A stretch of DNA of 64,000 nt from Candidatus Portnoybacteria bacterium (GTDB lineage: Bacteria > Patescibacteriota > Minisyncoccia > Portnoybacterales > GWB1-42-6): the NCBI GenBank assembly GCA_016208745.1, contig JACQXN010000022.1:19212-83211 (forward strand), read 5' to 3'. Position numbers and translations under genes: made by a program. Positions 1-8,842 of the stretch are shown here, one piece after another; position 1 is the stretch's first letter, and the number at the start of each line of letters is the position of its first letter. Below the pieces are notes generated by a model. It had not been told where the DNA came from. It saw nothing but the letters and a program-made list of their open reading frames with translations, and made no database searches.

Positions 1-1010
1 CAAATTAAAATTGTGGCGACGCCCTCCATCCCACCGGCAATTGCCCCCACCAAACCAATGATAACGATAAAATTATTAATGCCAAAAAGGTAGCCTAAAA
101 GCGGCACAAAACAAACCAACGCCCAGGCCAAAATATTATTTAGATGATAGTCTCTATAAAAAATGCGGCGCAGATTGGCGCCCACAACAATAAAAGAGGT
201 CATCACTGCTAAAAAACCAAAAATCGCGCCAAGAATTATAATTTTTTGGCCAAAATATGGCGCAAGCCCGCTGATTGCGTCCTCGGTGGTCGCGTTGCCT
301 GTTATGCCGGTAACGCTTAAAGCAAATAAGATACAAATTAGCACCGGAATAAGGGTGCCCCAAATAATTGCTGTTCTTAATTTTCTTTCCTGACCTTTTA
401 AAATCTGCCGCATTTCCGGAATCGCCGCTCCGCCTGTCAAAGCAAACAAAATAACGCCATAAGGCAGGAAAAATTTTACCCAATTAATACCTGATAAATT
501 AATTGGATTGATCAACGGCGCACCTCTGAAAATAAAAACTCCCGCGACAAATAAAAGGAATAGGCTCATAAAAAACTCAGCCGGGCCAATAGTTTTTAAA
601 CCAAAAAGAATAATCAAAGCACCGAAAACAAAAAACACCAGAACCCACAAAAAATCGCTCCCGCCCAAAATGGGTTTGAAAATAAGGCTTAAAAAATTTC
701 CGCCGACAATTAAATAAGCCAGGAGCGCTCCGTAAAACTCAAAAATGATAATTGCGCCGACAATTCTTTTGCCGACCAACCCAAAGAATCTTTCGGCGTA
801 ACAGACCAAACCATGATCTTTTGTCGTGCGCAAAGCAATTTCTCCATAAAAAAGGTGGATAAACAAAATTACGCCGCCAATTACTATCAAATAAAAAAGA
901 CCGATTGAAAAACCGGCCTGCGCACAAACATAAGGAATGGCAAAAATCCCTACACCAATAATCATCCCAATCAAAGTCGCTAGCGCATAAAAAAACTTTT
1001 TATTCGCCAT
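1..1010 (-). CDS. Aromatic amino acid permease family transporter (5' part; runs off window edge)
   Basis: Manual translation from ATG at 1010: MANKKFFYALATLIGMIIGVGIFAIPYVCAQAGF...LFYGEIALRT...; typical Trp/Tyr permease TM1 motif; absent from the ORF track, consistent with no stop in the window. Confidence 0.75.
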   Translation of the reverse strand, partial: MANKKFFYALATLIGMIIGVGIFAIPYVCAQAGFSIGLFYLIVIGGVILFIHLFYGEIALRTTKDHGLVCYAERFFGLVGKRIVGAIIIFEFYGALLAYLIVGGNFLSLIFKPILGGSDFLWVLVFFVFGALIILFGLKTIGPAEFFMSLFLLFVAGVFIFRGAPLINPINLSGINWVKFFLPYGVILFALTGGAAIPEMRQILKGQERKLRTAIIWGTLIPVLICILFALSVTGITGNATTEDAISGLAPYFGQKIIILGAIFGFLAVMTSFIVVGANLRRIFYRDYHLNNILAWALVCFVPLLGYLFGINNFIVIIGLVGAIAGGMEGVATILI

Positions 1011-1034
1011 AGGGTAAAAAATCTCGCTTAACTT

Positions 1035-1292
1035 CTATTCCAGAATCTTAAAAACTTCATCGCCTTCCTTAACTTTCTGCTCTGTTTTTAAACCAACTGC
1101 ATCGCCGGGTTTAGCGTTTTCAACCTCTTTATGCTCAACCTGCATTGAATCAACCGTCTGGTCAAAATCGGTGTTTGAGCCTTTGATTTTTATTTTATCG
1201 CCTTTATTCAGAGAGTCGGAAAGCTCAATAATACCCACGCCGATATTGCCGTAGTAATGGACAATTTTACCGACTAATTTTTCTTCTGCCAT
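1035..1292 (-). CDS. Small translation-elongation-factor domain II-like / U32 C-terminal-like beta-barrel protein
   Basis: VGKIVHYYGNIGVGII...GDKIKIKG...Q.VDSMQ...A.PGD.VG.K pattern; AGGAGGTGA SD before ATG 1292. Confidence 0.7.
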   Translation of the reverse strand: MAEEKLVGKIVHYYGNIGVGIIELSDSLNKGDKIKIKGSNTDFDQTVDSMQVEHKEVENAKPGDAVGLKTEQKVKEGDEVFKILE

Positions 1293-1410
1293 CTTTATCA
1301 CCTCCTCTGTATTCCCTCCTTTGGAAAAAGAGGGCTTGCGCCGCCTCTTAAAAAGGCGGGGTGAAGAGTGGATTTTGGGAAATTATCACAAATCACCCTG
1401 TCCCAAGTTT

Positions 1411-2013
1411 TTACTCTTCGTTAATTCTCGGTCTTTTTTCAATTTTCACTACTTTTTCCTCCTCCACCAATTCAAGTACTTTTTCTATTAAAGCCTTGGG
1501 GTCTGAATCATAAACTATTTTTCCTGAACCACGCTTGGCCCGCTCCACAATTTCTTCTATCATATCCGACATTCCGCCAGTACCAGTCAAAATGCCGATT
1601 GGTTTTTTATCCTCAAAAGCAATAGTAAATTCATTCAAAGTTCCCATGCGGCCGCAAATTATAATTACCGCATCCGAGGATCTGGTTAGCAAAAGATTCC
1701 GGCCCGCATATTCAAAGCCGGTATAAATAATCATATCAAAATAGTCAACCGGCAGGCGATAGCTTTTAACATGGGCGATTTCTGAAGCCGCCGGAGAGAG
1801 CCCAATGGAAATTCCGCCTTCTTCTTTGGCGCCAATAGCCGCCCAATAAGGAATGCCGGTGGTAGCACCAGTCATTAAAACTCCGTTGTGGCGGACGATT
1901 TCCCGTCCCACTTCTTTGGCTTTTTCAAGAGCTTCTGGCGCGCAACATTCGGTTTTGGCTGCGCCAGAAACGCAAATTTTGTATTTTAGATAGCTTTTTG
2001 CAACTTTTTCCAT
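1411..2013 (-). CDS. LOG/SLOG family protein (TIGR00725-like)
   Basis: TGATTG, GLSP, RN..L..SSDAVI..GRMGTLNEF motifs. Confidence 0.8.
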   Translation of the reverse strand: MEKVAKSYLKYKICVSGAAKTECCAPEALEKAKEVGREIVRHNGVLMTGATTGIPYWAAIGAKEEGGISIGLSPAASEIAHVKSYRLPVDYFDMIIYTGFEYAGRNLLLTRSSDAVIIICGRMGTLNEFTIAFEDKKPIGILTGTGGMSDMIEEIVERAKRGSGKIVYDSDPKALIEKVLELVEEEKVVKIEKRPRINEE

Positions 2014-2201
2014 GATTTATACAGATAAACGCTGATATACAGATAGGATTTAACTCCTCCCAGCCTCCTCTTTAAAAAAGAGGAAGAGCTCCCTCTCTTA
2101 TTTTAAGAGAGGGGTGGGGTGAGTTAAATTTTATCCGTATATCCGTAGAAAATCCGTATTCCGTAGCTATATTTTATCTTGACTCCCCTTAAAAGTCCAG
2201 C

Positions 2202-3599
2202 TTACTCTAACTCTACTGTACTCCCCATTTCTGGCACCTGCGCGTCCAAGCCCATCTCATCTCTTATAATTTGCGCCAAAACTCCTGCTGGCTCCTCTTC
2301 TCCGTGAACAACAAAAACTTTCTTGATTGGTTTACAAATATTGCACAGCCATTCTAATAACCCTTTTTGGTCGGCATGCGCAGAATAACCGGTGAAATTT
2401 TTAATCTTTGCCTTAACCTGAATCTTTGCGTCCAAAATTTCAACTTCTTTTTCCCCCTCCATAATTCGGCGGCCCAATGTTCCTTTGGCCTGGTAGGTGA
2501 TCAAAAGAAGAATATTTCTTTCGCCTGACAAATAAAGAGATTCATGGTGTATAATCCGGCCGCCTTGTGACATGCCAGAGCCGGCAATAATAACTTTTGG
2601 CGGAGGAATATTGTTTATTTTTTTTGAGTCTTTAATGGAGTGAGTAAACTGAAGGCCGGGGAATTTAAATATATCGTCACCTGACTTAATTAAGTTTCCC
2701 GCTTCTTGATTAAAATATCTCTCATGTTTTTTATAGACATCTGTTATATCATGCGCCAATGGACTATCAATAAAAATCGGGATTTGCGGAATACACTTAT
2801 TCTCTGCCAGCTCATTTAAATGAAAAAGCAACTGCTGGGTCCGCTCAAGGGCAAAGCTGGGAATCATTAAAACGCCATTTTTTCTAATTGCTTCTTCAAT
2901 AACATCTTCAATAATATTTTTTGCCTCGTCTGCTTTTTCGTGCAACCTGTCGCCATAAGTTGATTCTATCAAGACATAATCTGCCTCCTCAATTACTTCC
3001 GGCTTTCTTAAAATCGGCACCGGATAATTTCCTAGATCCCCCGAGAAGACAATAACAGATTTTTTATCCTGGGCTTGCTCGCCTCGCTGAAGCTCCGGCG
3101 AAGCGGGTCGAAGGATTACTTTAATTACGGCCGACCCCAGAATATGTCCGGCTTCAAAAAATTCAAAAGAAATTTCATCAGAAATTTTTGTTTCTTGATG
3201 ATATTCTGTTGGTATAAACAACCCCATGATCTGATCTATGTCTTTTTTACTAAAAAGAGAGAGCTTGCCTACGTGCTTGGCTTTCTCGGCTAAAATTTTC
3301 CTGCTGTCTTCTAAAATCAAGTGGACAAAATCTATGGTTGGCGGCGTGGCAAAAATTCTTCCGTTAAACCCGCCCTCAACTAAATTAGGGAGCCGGCCAA
3401 TATGGTCAAGGTGGGAATGAGTTATTAAAACCGCGTCAATTTCTTTTGGATTAAAGGAAAACGGCTCATTATTTTTTGCCTCCAGCTCTTTTTCGCCTTG
3501 AAACGCGCCGCAATCAACTAGGATTTTTGATTTTTCTGTTTCTAATAAATAACAGGCGCCGGTTACAACTTTAGCGCCGCCGCAAAAAGTAAGTTTCAT
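2202..3599 (-). CDS. MBL-fold/beta-CASP ribonuclease
   Basis: THSHLDH, AGHILGS, SGDLG, ESTYG, YSAHAD, VHGE motifs; carries an in-frame repeat insertion. Confidence 0.9.
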   Translation of the reverse strand: MKLTFCGGAKVVTGACYLLETEKSKILVDCGAFQGEKELEAKNNEPFSFNPKEIDAVLITHSHLDHIGRLPNLVEGGFNGRIFATPPTIDFVHLILEDSRKILAEKAKHVGKLSLFSKKDIDQIMGLFIPTEYHQETKISDEISFEFFEAGHILGSAVIKVILRPASPELQRGEQAQDKKSVIVFSGDLGNYPVPILRKPEVIEEADYVLIESTYGDRLHEKADEAKNIIEDVIEEAIRKNGVLMIPSFALERTQQLLFHLNELAENKCIPQIPIFIDSPLAHDITDVYKKHERYFNQEAGNLIKSGDDIFKFPGLQFTHSIKDSKKINNIPPPKVIIAGSGMSQGGRIIHHESLYLSGERNILLLITYQAKGTLGRRIMEGEKEVEILDAKIQVKAKIKNFTGYSAHADQKGLLEWLCNICKPIKKVFVVHGEEEPAGVLAQIIRDEMGLDAQVPEMGSTVELE

Positions 3600-3730
3600 A
3601 AATATTTCTTCTTAGGGGATTCTTTAGTTTTTACGCAGGCAATCTGCTTCGCTTTCTGATACCTAAATTGGCTTGGCGTCCGATAGGCGGTTTTCCCTCG
3701 CCCTGCCCGAGCTGATGAATACTTTTTCAT
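3596..3730 (-). CDS. Putative 44-aa basic small protein
   Basis: MKKYSSARAGRGKTAYRTPSQFRYQKAKQIACVKTKESPKKKYL; stop overlaps next ATG (ATGA); TATAAT 6 nt upstream of its ATG. Confidence 0.4.
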   Translation of the reverse strand: MKKYSSARAGRGKTAYRTPSQFRYQKAKQIACVKTKESPKKKYL

Positions 3731-3767
3731 AGGTTAATTATAATATAGCTTAGAAAAAAGCTAAATA

Positions 3768-3796
3768 TTGACAAGACTATTTATTTATGAGATAAT
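3768..3796 (+). promoter_or_regulatory. sigma70-type promoter
   Basis: TTGACA-17-GATAAT. Confidence 0.65.
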
Positions 3797-3843
3797 AAAT
3801 ATACTGAATTTGGTTCCTTAAATAAATTCATCAGGAGGCGAGA

Positions 3844-4116
3844 ATGTCAGAAAATATAGAAGTTATAGAAGTGAAAAATTATACCGTGGAAATTAGAGTT
3901 TTAAGTATCCACTTTATCTTTGCATCGGCTGAAAATGGCAGAGTGCATTTGGTGGCTAGATTCAAGCCATACGCACAGATTTACGACCCAGCTTCTAACC
4001 GCGTCCCAAAACCTCTTTTCAAAGAAGCCTGCCGCATAGCTGCGGCGCGACTGAAATCTCAACAGAAAAGGTCCGTGCCCATAAAACACCTCCGCCAAAT
4101 TAAAATGTGGGGGTAG
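3844..4116 (+). CDS. Hypothetical protein (orphan)
   Basis: 90-aa ORF with promoter, AGGAGG SD and downstream hairpin. Confidence 0.7.
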   Translation: MSENIEVIEVKNYTVEIRVLSIHFIFASAENGRVHLVARFKPYAQIYDPASNRVPKPLFKEACRIAAARLKSQQKRSVPIKHLRQIKMWG

Positions 4117-4143
4117 CTGATATGTGATTCCTCCAAAAAAAAC

Positions 4144-4177
4144 AAAACCCTTAGCAACCACGCTAGGGGTTATTTTT
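4144..4177 (+). terminator. Intrinsic terminator
   Basis: aacccttagc-aaccac-gctaggggtt followed by T-rich tail. Confidence 0.6.
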
Positions 4178-4193
4178 ATCCTTATATTCTTTA

Positions 4194-4398
4194 TTCGCCA
4201 TTGCAAAAATTTTGTTATAAAATCGCGGCGAGCTGAGTGTTTAAAAAATTACCTACGGAGGAGCAAAGCGACGAGTTTAGGAGGTAATTTTTAACAAAGC
4301 GAGTCCGATTTTATCAAAATTTTATGCTTGGCGAGAGTTTTTTGCCTACTTTTTGTCGGTACAAAAAGTAGGTCCTTGCCGTCTTTAGATAAAGACGA
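4194..4398. repeat. ~200-bp structured repeat, copy 1
   Basis: Homologous to 15229-15431; long nested stem plus two hairpins. Confidence 0.8.
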
Positions 4399-5730
4399 TT
4401 AACGCATTCCTCTAAGTTCTTCTTTTACAATCTCGCTCTCCTGCCAAGGAATCTTTTTCCCATTTTCCACACACATCCAAACCTCTCCCCCTTTGCCAGT
4501 TAGAATAACCGCATCTCCGGCTTTCGCTAAACTCAATGCTTTTTTTATCGCTTCACGACGATCTAAAATTTCATAGACATTGGAAATTGGTAATTGGGTA
4601 TTGGAAATTCCAGATTTTATCTCCGATAAAATCTGGGTTGGGTCTTCATCATAAGGATCTTCATTGGTAATAATTACATAATCCGCGTATTCTCCAGCCA
4701 AGCGGCCTAAAGCCGCTCTTTTTGATTTATCGCGGCCGCCGCCCTGTGCGCCAAGCAAAGCAATAATTTTTCGCGGATTAAAAATTTTAAGCGCTTTGTA
4801 AGCCGATTCAAGAGAAGCCGGCTCGTGAGCATAATCAACGATAACTGTAAATGGCTGACCTTCATTAATTACTTCCAAACGGCCCGGCGCTGGTTTGGCA
4901 TTTTTTAGAGCCTCTTTTATTTTATCGACTCCGATTCCTTGCGAAATTGCTACGCAAATTGCCGCCGCAGCGTTATACATATTAACCTCGCCGATAAGAG
5001 GCGTAATAAAATTTTCACTGTTAAAATCGAATTCGGTTCTATCCGAGGCCAATTTAATGTTTGCAATTTGAAGCTTTCCAAATCCTCCCCAACCCTCCCT
5101 AAAGGGAGGGAGCGATTCCCCTCCTTTAGGAGGGGCTAGGGGAGATTTTAAAAAATACCCCATTTTTTTCGCCATTGGAATTTTCAAAAAATATTCTGTG
5201 CTCTCATCATCCAAATTATAAACTCCAATTCCGTTTTTCTTTTTCGCCACGGCTTCAAATAATTTTAATTTTGCTGCCCGATAATTTTCAAAACTGCCGT
5301 GGCGCTCAATGTGCTCGGGCGATAAATTAGTAAAAACCGCGACTGAATAATTAATGCCTTTGTGCCGATGCTGCAGAATTCCCTCTGAAGAAGTTTCAAT
5401 TACCGCGTATTTGCATCCTTCGCTAACCATTTGCCGCAATAATTTCTGCAATTTGAATCGGCCAAGCATAGTCTGCTTATAATCATTTATCCACTCCTTA
5501 TCCCTAATTCTAAAATTTACCGTTGTCGCCATGCCGGTTTTAAACCCCGCGCCCTGCAAAATCTGAGCGATTAAATTACAAGTCGTTGTTTTCCCTTTTG
5601 TCCCGGTCACGCCAATTACAATCAATTTCCGTGACGGAAAACCATACACAAGCGCGCCCAAATAAGCGAGCAACCAATGGTACCAACTAAAAATAAAATT
5701 CGGGATAAGTTTTTTTAGAATATTTTTCAT
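4399..5730 (-). CDS. murE: UDP-N-acetylmuramyl-tripeptide synthetase
   Basis: GVTGTKGKTTT, ETSSEG, FTNLSPEH, VDYAH, GG.RD.SKR, NEDPYDE, TGKG. Confidence 0.9.
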   Translation of the reverse strand: MKNILKKLIPNFIFSWYHWLLAYLGALVYGFPSRKLIVIGVTGTKGKTTTCNLIAQILQGAGFKTGMATTVNFRIRDKEWINDYKQTMLGRFKLQKLLRQMVSEGCKYAVIETSSEGILQHRHKGINYSVAVFTNLSPEHIERHGSFENYRAAKLKLFEAVAKKKNGIGVYNLDDESTEYFLKIPMAKKMGYFLKSPLAPPKGGESLPPFREGWGGFGKLQIANIKLASDRTEFDFNSENFITPLIGEVNMYNAAAAICVAISQGIGVDKIKEALKNAKPAPGRLEVINEGQPFTVIVDYAHEPASLESAYKALKIFNPRKIIALLGAQGGGRDKSKRAALGRLAGEYADYVIITNEDPYDEDPTQILSEIKSGISNTQLPISNVYEILDRREAIKKALSLAKAGDAVILTGKGGEVWMCVENGKKIPWQESEIVKEELRGMR

Positions 5731-6068
5731 TCAAATTTTTTAATGAAAAACCATCTATATTTTTTTAATTTTCTTAAATACTCTAACTTGACCCCCGCCT
5801 CCCTCTTTTTCTTTGCATACTTATCGGTCATCTCTCCCCATTCCATTCTATTGGGGCTGCCAGATGATCTAAGTAATAGATTTTCGGGATTATATTCTGC
5901 CAAATCCCCGTTTATTAATTTTATATCTCTATCAATCTCGAATCCTTTTTGAATCCTGTTCCCAATATAAAAAATTACAGAAAGGATAAAAGAAATCCAT
6001 AAAATTGGGCTGATGCTTTTTAAAAAATCGAGCGTTGAATTGTAAAATTCAATAAAATAATCAATCAT
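5727..6068 (-). CDS. Hypothetical membrane protein
   Basis: 113 aa, one TM segment, overlaps murE start. Confidence 0.6.
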   Translation of the reverse strand: MIDYFIEFYNSTLDFLKSISPILWISFILSVIFYIGNRIQKGFEIDRDIKLINGDLAEYNPENLLLRSSGSPNRMEWGEMTDKYAKKKREAGVKLEYLRKLKKYRWFFIKKFE

Positions 6069-6105
6069 GCTTATTATTTATCGAGATAATTTGAATGAGA
6101 AATTT

Positions 6106-7194
6106 TCATCTTAAAATATTTCTTGTCGCTTTGTATATCTTGTACCACCATCTATTAAAAATGTAATTGTGCGTGCCGCAAAACGCGACTTCATACCCCC
6201 CAAAACCCTTCTTAAATCGGCTCACACCCGGCCATTTTTGTTCGTCATAACCCCAAAAATCATAATATTTACAGCCCTGATTTTTGACAAATTTTATCTG
6301 CTCCCATTGTAAAAGATGCGGCGCCATCAAACTGCGAGACTCGTTATCGGATCCGCCATGAATATAAATTGCTGTACTATTAAAAATATTTACTAAATTC
6401 GCGGCGATTGTTTTTCCTTGATATTGGGCTAAAAATAATAAATTCTCAAAATTTAACTCACCCTCGCTCTCTCTTAAAATAAGAGAGGGAATTACGTCTG
6501 TATTCTCTCCCCCTCTTAAATTAAGAGGGGGGTGGGGGGAGTTATTTCCAATTTGCAACTGCTTTCTATAATATTCTTTCTCAAAAATCTTTATCCCCTG
6601 TCTTTTTGCGGTCTGATTAAGCAAACTCCAAAATTCTTCAAAGTCTTTTTCGTTATACTCTGTCCTCCTTATTGTTACGCCTTTGCGCTGGGCAAGATTA
6701 ATATTATAACGTGTTTTCTCATGCATAGCCGCCAACAATTCTTCTTCACTTCTATCCAAATTTAAAATCAGAGTCCTGCTTGGCTGGATATCTTTTGTTT
6801 TTGAAAAACCCAACCCCCTTAAATCCTCCCTACTTATTTCAAAAGTCGGCTCGATTCTTAAAAATATCGCATTTTCTTGTTTAGCTAGATGTTTAACTTC
6901 CCGTAAAAAGCCCTGCATTCGCAGGAGATTCATCTCCGCCCGATGGCGGATCAGAATGGCATCTCGTGTTAATTCTGAAATTATTAGAGGGCCTCGCGGG
7001 CAATACAGATAGCTTTTCCCCAGCGGTAAATTATATTTAATTATTAAACCTGCCCAATCTTTGCCTTTCAGGAAAAAAGTTTTTCTCCCTAATGATTTCT
7101 GAAACTCCGCCCATTCTAAAGACTGCAAAAAACCGCCGCCTTGCTTCAAAACAAACTCATTCCAATCCTCTTTTCCGCCTTCATAAATAGCCAT
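6106..7194 (-). CDS. FemAB/FemX peptidoglycan bridge aminoacyltransferase
   Basis: FLQS.EW..F, YCPRGP, KTRYNI.LA.RKGV, YDFWG, GV.RFK.GFGG; two repeat-derived insertions. Confidence 0.9.
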   Translation of the reverse strand: MAIYEGGKEDWNEFVLKQGGGFLQSLEWAEFQKSLGRKTFFLKGKDWAGLIIKYNLPLGKSYLYCPRGPLIISELTRDAILIRHRAEMNLLRMQGFLREVKHLAKQENAIFLRIEPTFEISREDLRGLGFSKTKDIQPSRTLILNLDRSEEELLAAMHEKTRYNINLAQRKGVTIRRTEYNEKDFEEFWSLLNQTAKRQGIKIFEKEYYRKQLQIGNNSPHPPLNLRGGENTDVIPSLILRESEGELNFENLLFLAQYQGKTIAANLVNIFNSTAIYIHGGSDNESRSLMAPHLLQWEQIKFVKNQGCKYYDFWGYDEQKWPGVSRFKKGFGGYEVAFCGTHNYIFNRWWYKIYKATRNILR

Positions 7195-7260
7195 ATTCTT
7201 AATGGCATTGTAGCGTAAAAAAATCCGAAAGACAAACAAAAAAGGCAGTTATGACTGCCT

Positions 7261-7671
7261 TTAATTTTGTAAAAACCATTCTGGAAATTTATCCAGCAAT
7301 ATGTCTTTGGCGGCATTCCAGCCGGCCATCTCCTCCATCCTTTCTTTCTTCTCTCGCGGAGTTAAATAAATAAATTCTTCTGGTGGTATATAATCGTATT
7401 CCGGCATCTCCCCTTCTAAAATCGCTATCCATAAACATTCATTCCAGCCCATCCGAAACCAGAAATCTGATGTGCTCACAAATGGCTTAAAAAGATGAAA
7501 AAACTTACTCACCCTTTTGCAAGCCCTTGCATATTCTTCTGTCTCTGGCGTCAAAAAATCCCTAATGCAATCTTTGGAATACTGGACTGTTTTTCTAATT
7601 TCCTCTTTTGAAAACCACGAGCCTGCCCGATGCGCTCCGGGTATCATCAATAGCAGCTCCCCCATCGCCAT
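7261..7671 (-). CDS. Hypothetical protein (orphan)
   Basis: 136-aa ORF, AAGGAG SD, followed by aggcagt-tatg-actgcct hairpin. Confidence 0.65.
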   Translation of the reverse strand: MAMGELLLMIPGAHRAGSWFSKEEIRKTVQYSKDCIRDFLTPETEEYARACKRVSKFFHLFKPFVSTSDFWFRMGWNECLWIAILEGEMPEYDYIPPEEFIYLTPREKKERMEEMAGWNAAKDILLDKFPEWFLQN

Positions 7672-7698
7672 CTCCTTTTTATTTAAATGAACATAAAA

Positions 7699-8277
7699 TT
7701 ACTTCCTCCCCAATCTCTTTAGGCATTCCTTAACCCGATTCTCAACTCCTTTAATTGTTTCTGGCAATTGCTGCAAAACTTCCCTGACCTCATAAACCCT
7801 ATAGCCTAAATTAACTAAAGCGTCAATCACTTCTATATCGCCGGCTACTCTCGATCCTTCTTTTCCTTGTGATAATTTTTTAACTTTTGTTTTTAATTCC
7901 AAAACTATCTTTTGCGCCATTTTTTTGCCAATGCCAGAAACCTTGCCTAAAATTGTTTCATCGCCTAAAACAATCGCCTCTTCCAAATCAGAAACTGAAG
8001 CTACGCCCAAAATATTCATCGCGGTTTTTGGCCCAATGCCCGGAATGGAAATCAAAAGCTCAAAAAGCTCCAATTCCTCAAAAGTCAAGAAACCAAACAA
8101 ATCCCAACTAGTTTCTTTAACTGAAAGAAAAGTAAAAACTTTGATACTTTGCCCGATTTGTGGTATTTTATTAAGGGTCTTTTCAGAAAAATGAACGCGA
8201 AAACCAATACCACCCGCTTCCATAATGGCGTATTTTTCCGATTTAAGAGAGATTTTGCCTTCTAAAGATGAGATCAT
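7699..8277 (-). CDS. ruvA: Holliday junction branch migration protein RuvA
   Basis: LFGF, GIGPKTA, GIGKK.AQKI.LELK, AL..LGY. Confidence 0.95.
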   Translation of the reverse strand: MISSLEGKISLKSEKYAIMEAGGIGFRVHFSEKTLNKIPQIGQSIKVFTFLSVKETSWDLFGFLTFEELELFELLISIPGIGPKTAMNILGVASVSDLEEAIVLGDETILGKVSGIGKKMAQKIVLELKTKVKKLSQGKEGSRVAGDIEVIDALVNLGYRVYEVREVLQQLPETIKGVENRVKECLKRLGRK

Positions 8278-8288
8278 AATCTATTTTT

Positions 8289-8376
8289 TCCTCCTCCCCT
8301 CAGATGAGGGGAGGATTGAGGTGGGGTGCTGAAAAACACCACCACCCCCTGCCCCCTCCTCAACTGAGGAGGGGAA
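8289..8376. repeat. Double-hairpin CCCCTC/GAGGGG repeat
   Basis: First ~40 bp identical to 45665-45705. Confidence 0.85.
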
Positions 8377-8475
8377 GAAAAAATTAAATAGTTTCTGCTT
8401 TCAGTATACCTCCCGCCCGCGCGAAATTCAAATAAAAAAGCCCGACAGTAAAGTCGGGCAGGTTAAGTTAATTAA

Positions 8476-8745
8476 TCACCTACTTATATTTAAATCGTGG
8501 CCATATTCCAATTCCTCATTAATAATATCAAGAATTTCTTTATACCCTTTGTTTTGCGCGACTTCCCGAATTCTTTCAATCTGCTTAAGGACAAGTTCAG
8601 CCTCCCCTCTGACCAAACCAAATCTGTATTCAATGTCTTCTTGCGTGTTGTAGCCTCCCAAAACCATTAATCTTGCTTTATGAGGTGCGATGTGATGAAT
8701 CAACGCCTCGAGACAATTAATCAAATCTCCTTTTTCTCTTGCCAT
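8476..8745 (-). CDS. Hypothetical protein (orphan)
   Basis: 89-aa ORF, GAGGAG SD, gcccgac/gtcgggc terminator hairpin at ~8433-8459. Confidence 0.65.
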   Translation of the reverse strand: MAREKGDLINCLEALIHHIAPHKARLMVLGGYNTQEDIEYRFGLVRGEAELVLKQIERIREVAQNKGYKEILDIINEELEYGHDLNISR

Positions 8746-8842
8746 ATTACGTCTCCTCTGTGAGTTTTTAATGCCTGAAAATAATAAATAAAACGAACTA
8801 TCTAGCGAATTGAATTAATAATTGTATACCATAAACCAATTT

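Noticed and set aside
154-927. Short ORFs in the ORF track
   Set aside because: They are shadow frames of the minus-strand permease that runs off the window.
3901-4206. 101-aa minus-strand ORF, and similar antisense ORFs over uvrB, polA, aspS and comM
   Set aside because: They overlap better-supported genes on the opposite strand and carry no recognisable motifs.
5080-5149. Inteins or self-splicing introns as the explanation for the in-frame inserts
   Set aside because: The inserts are only ~40-95 nt, lack intein C/S...HN ends and are far too short for group I/II cores.
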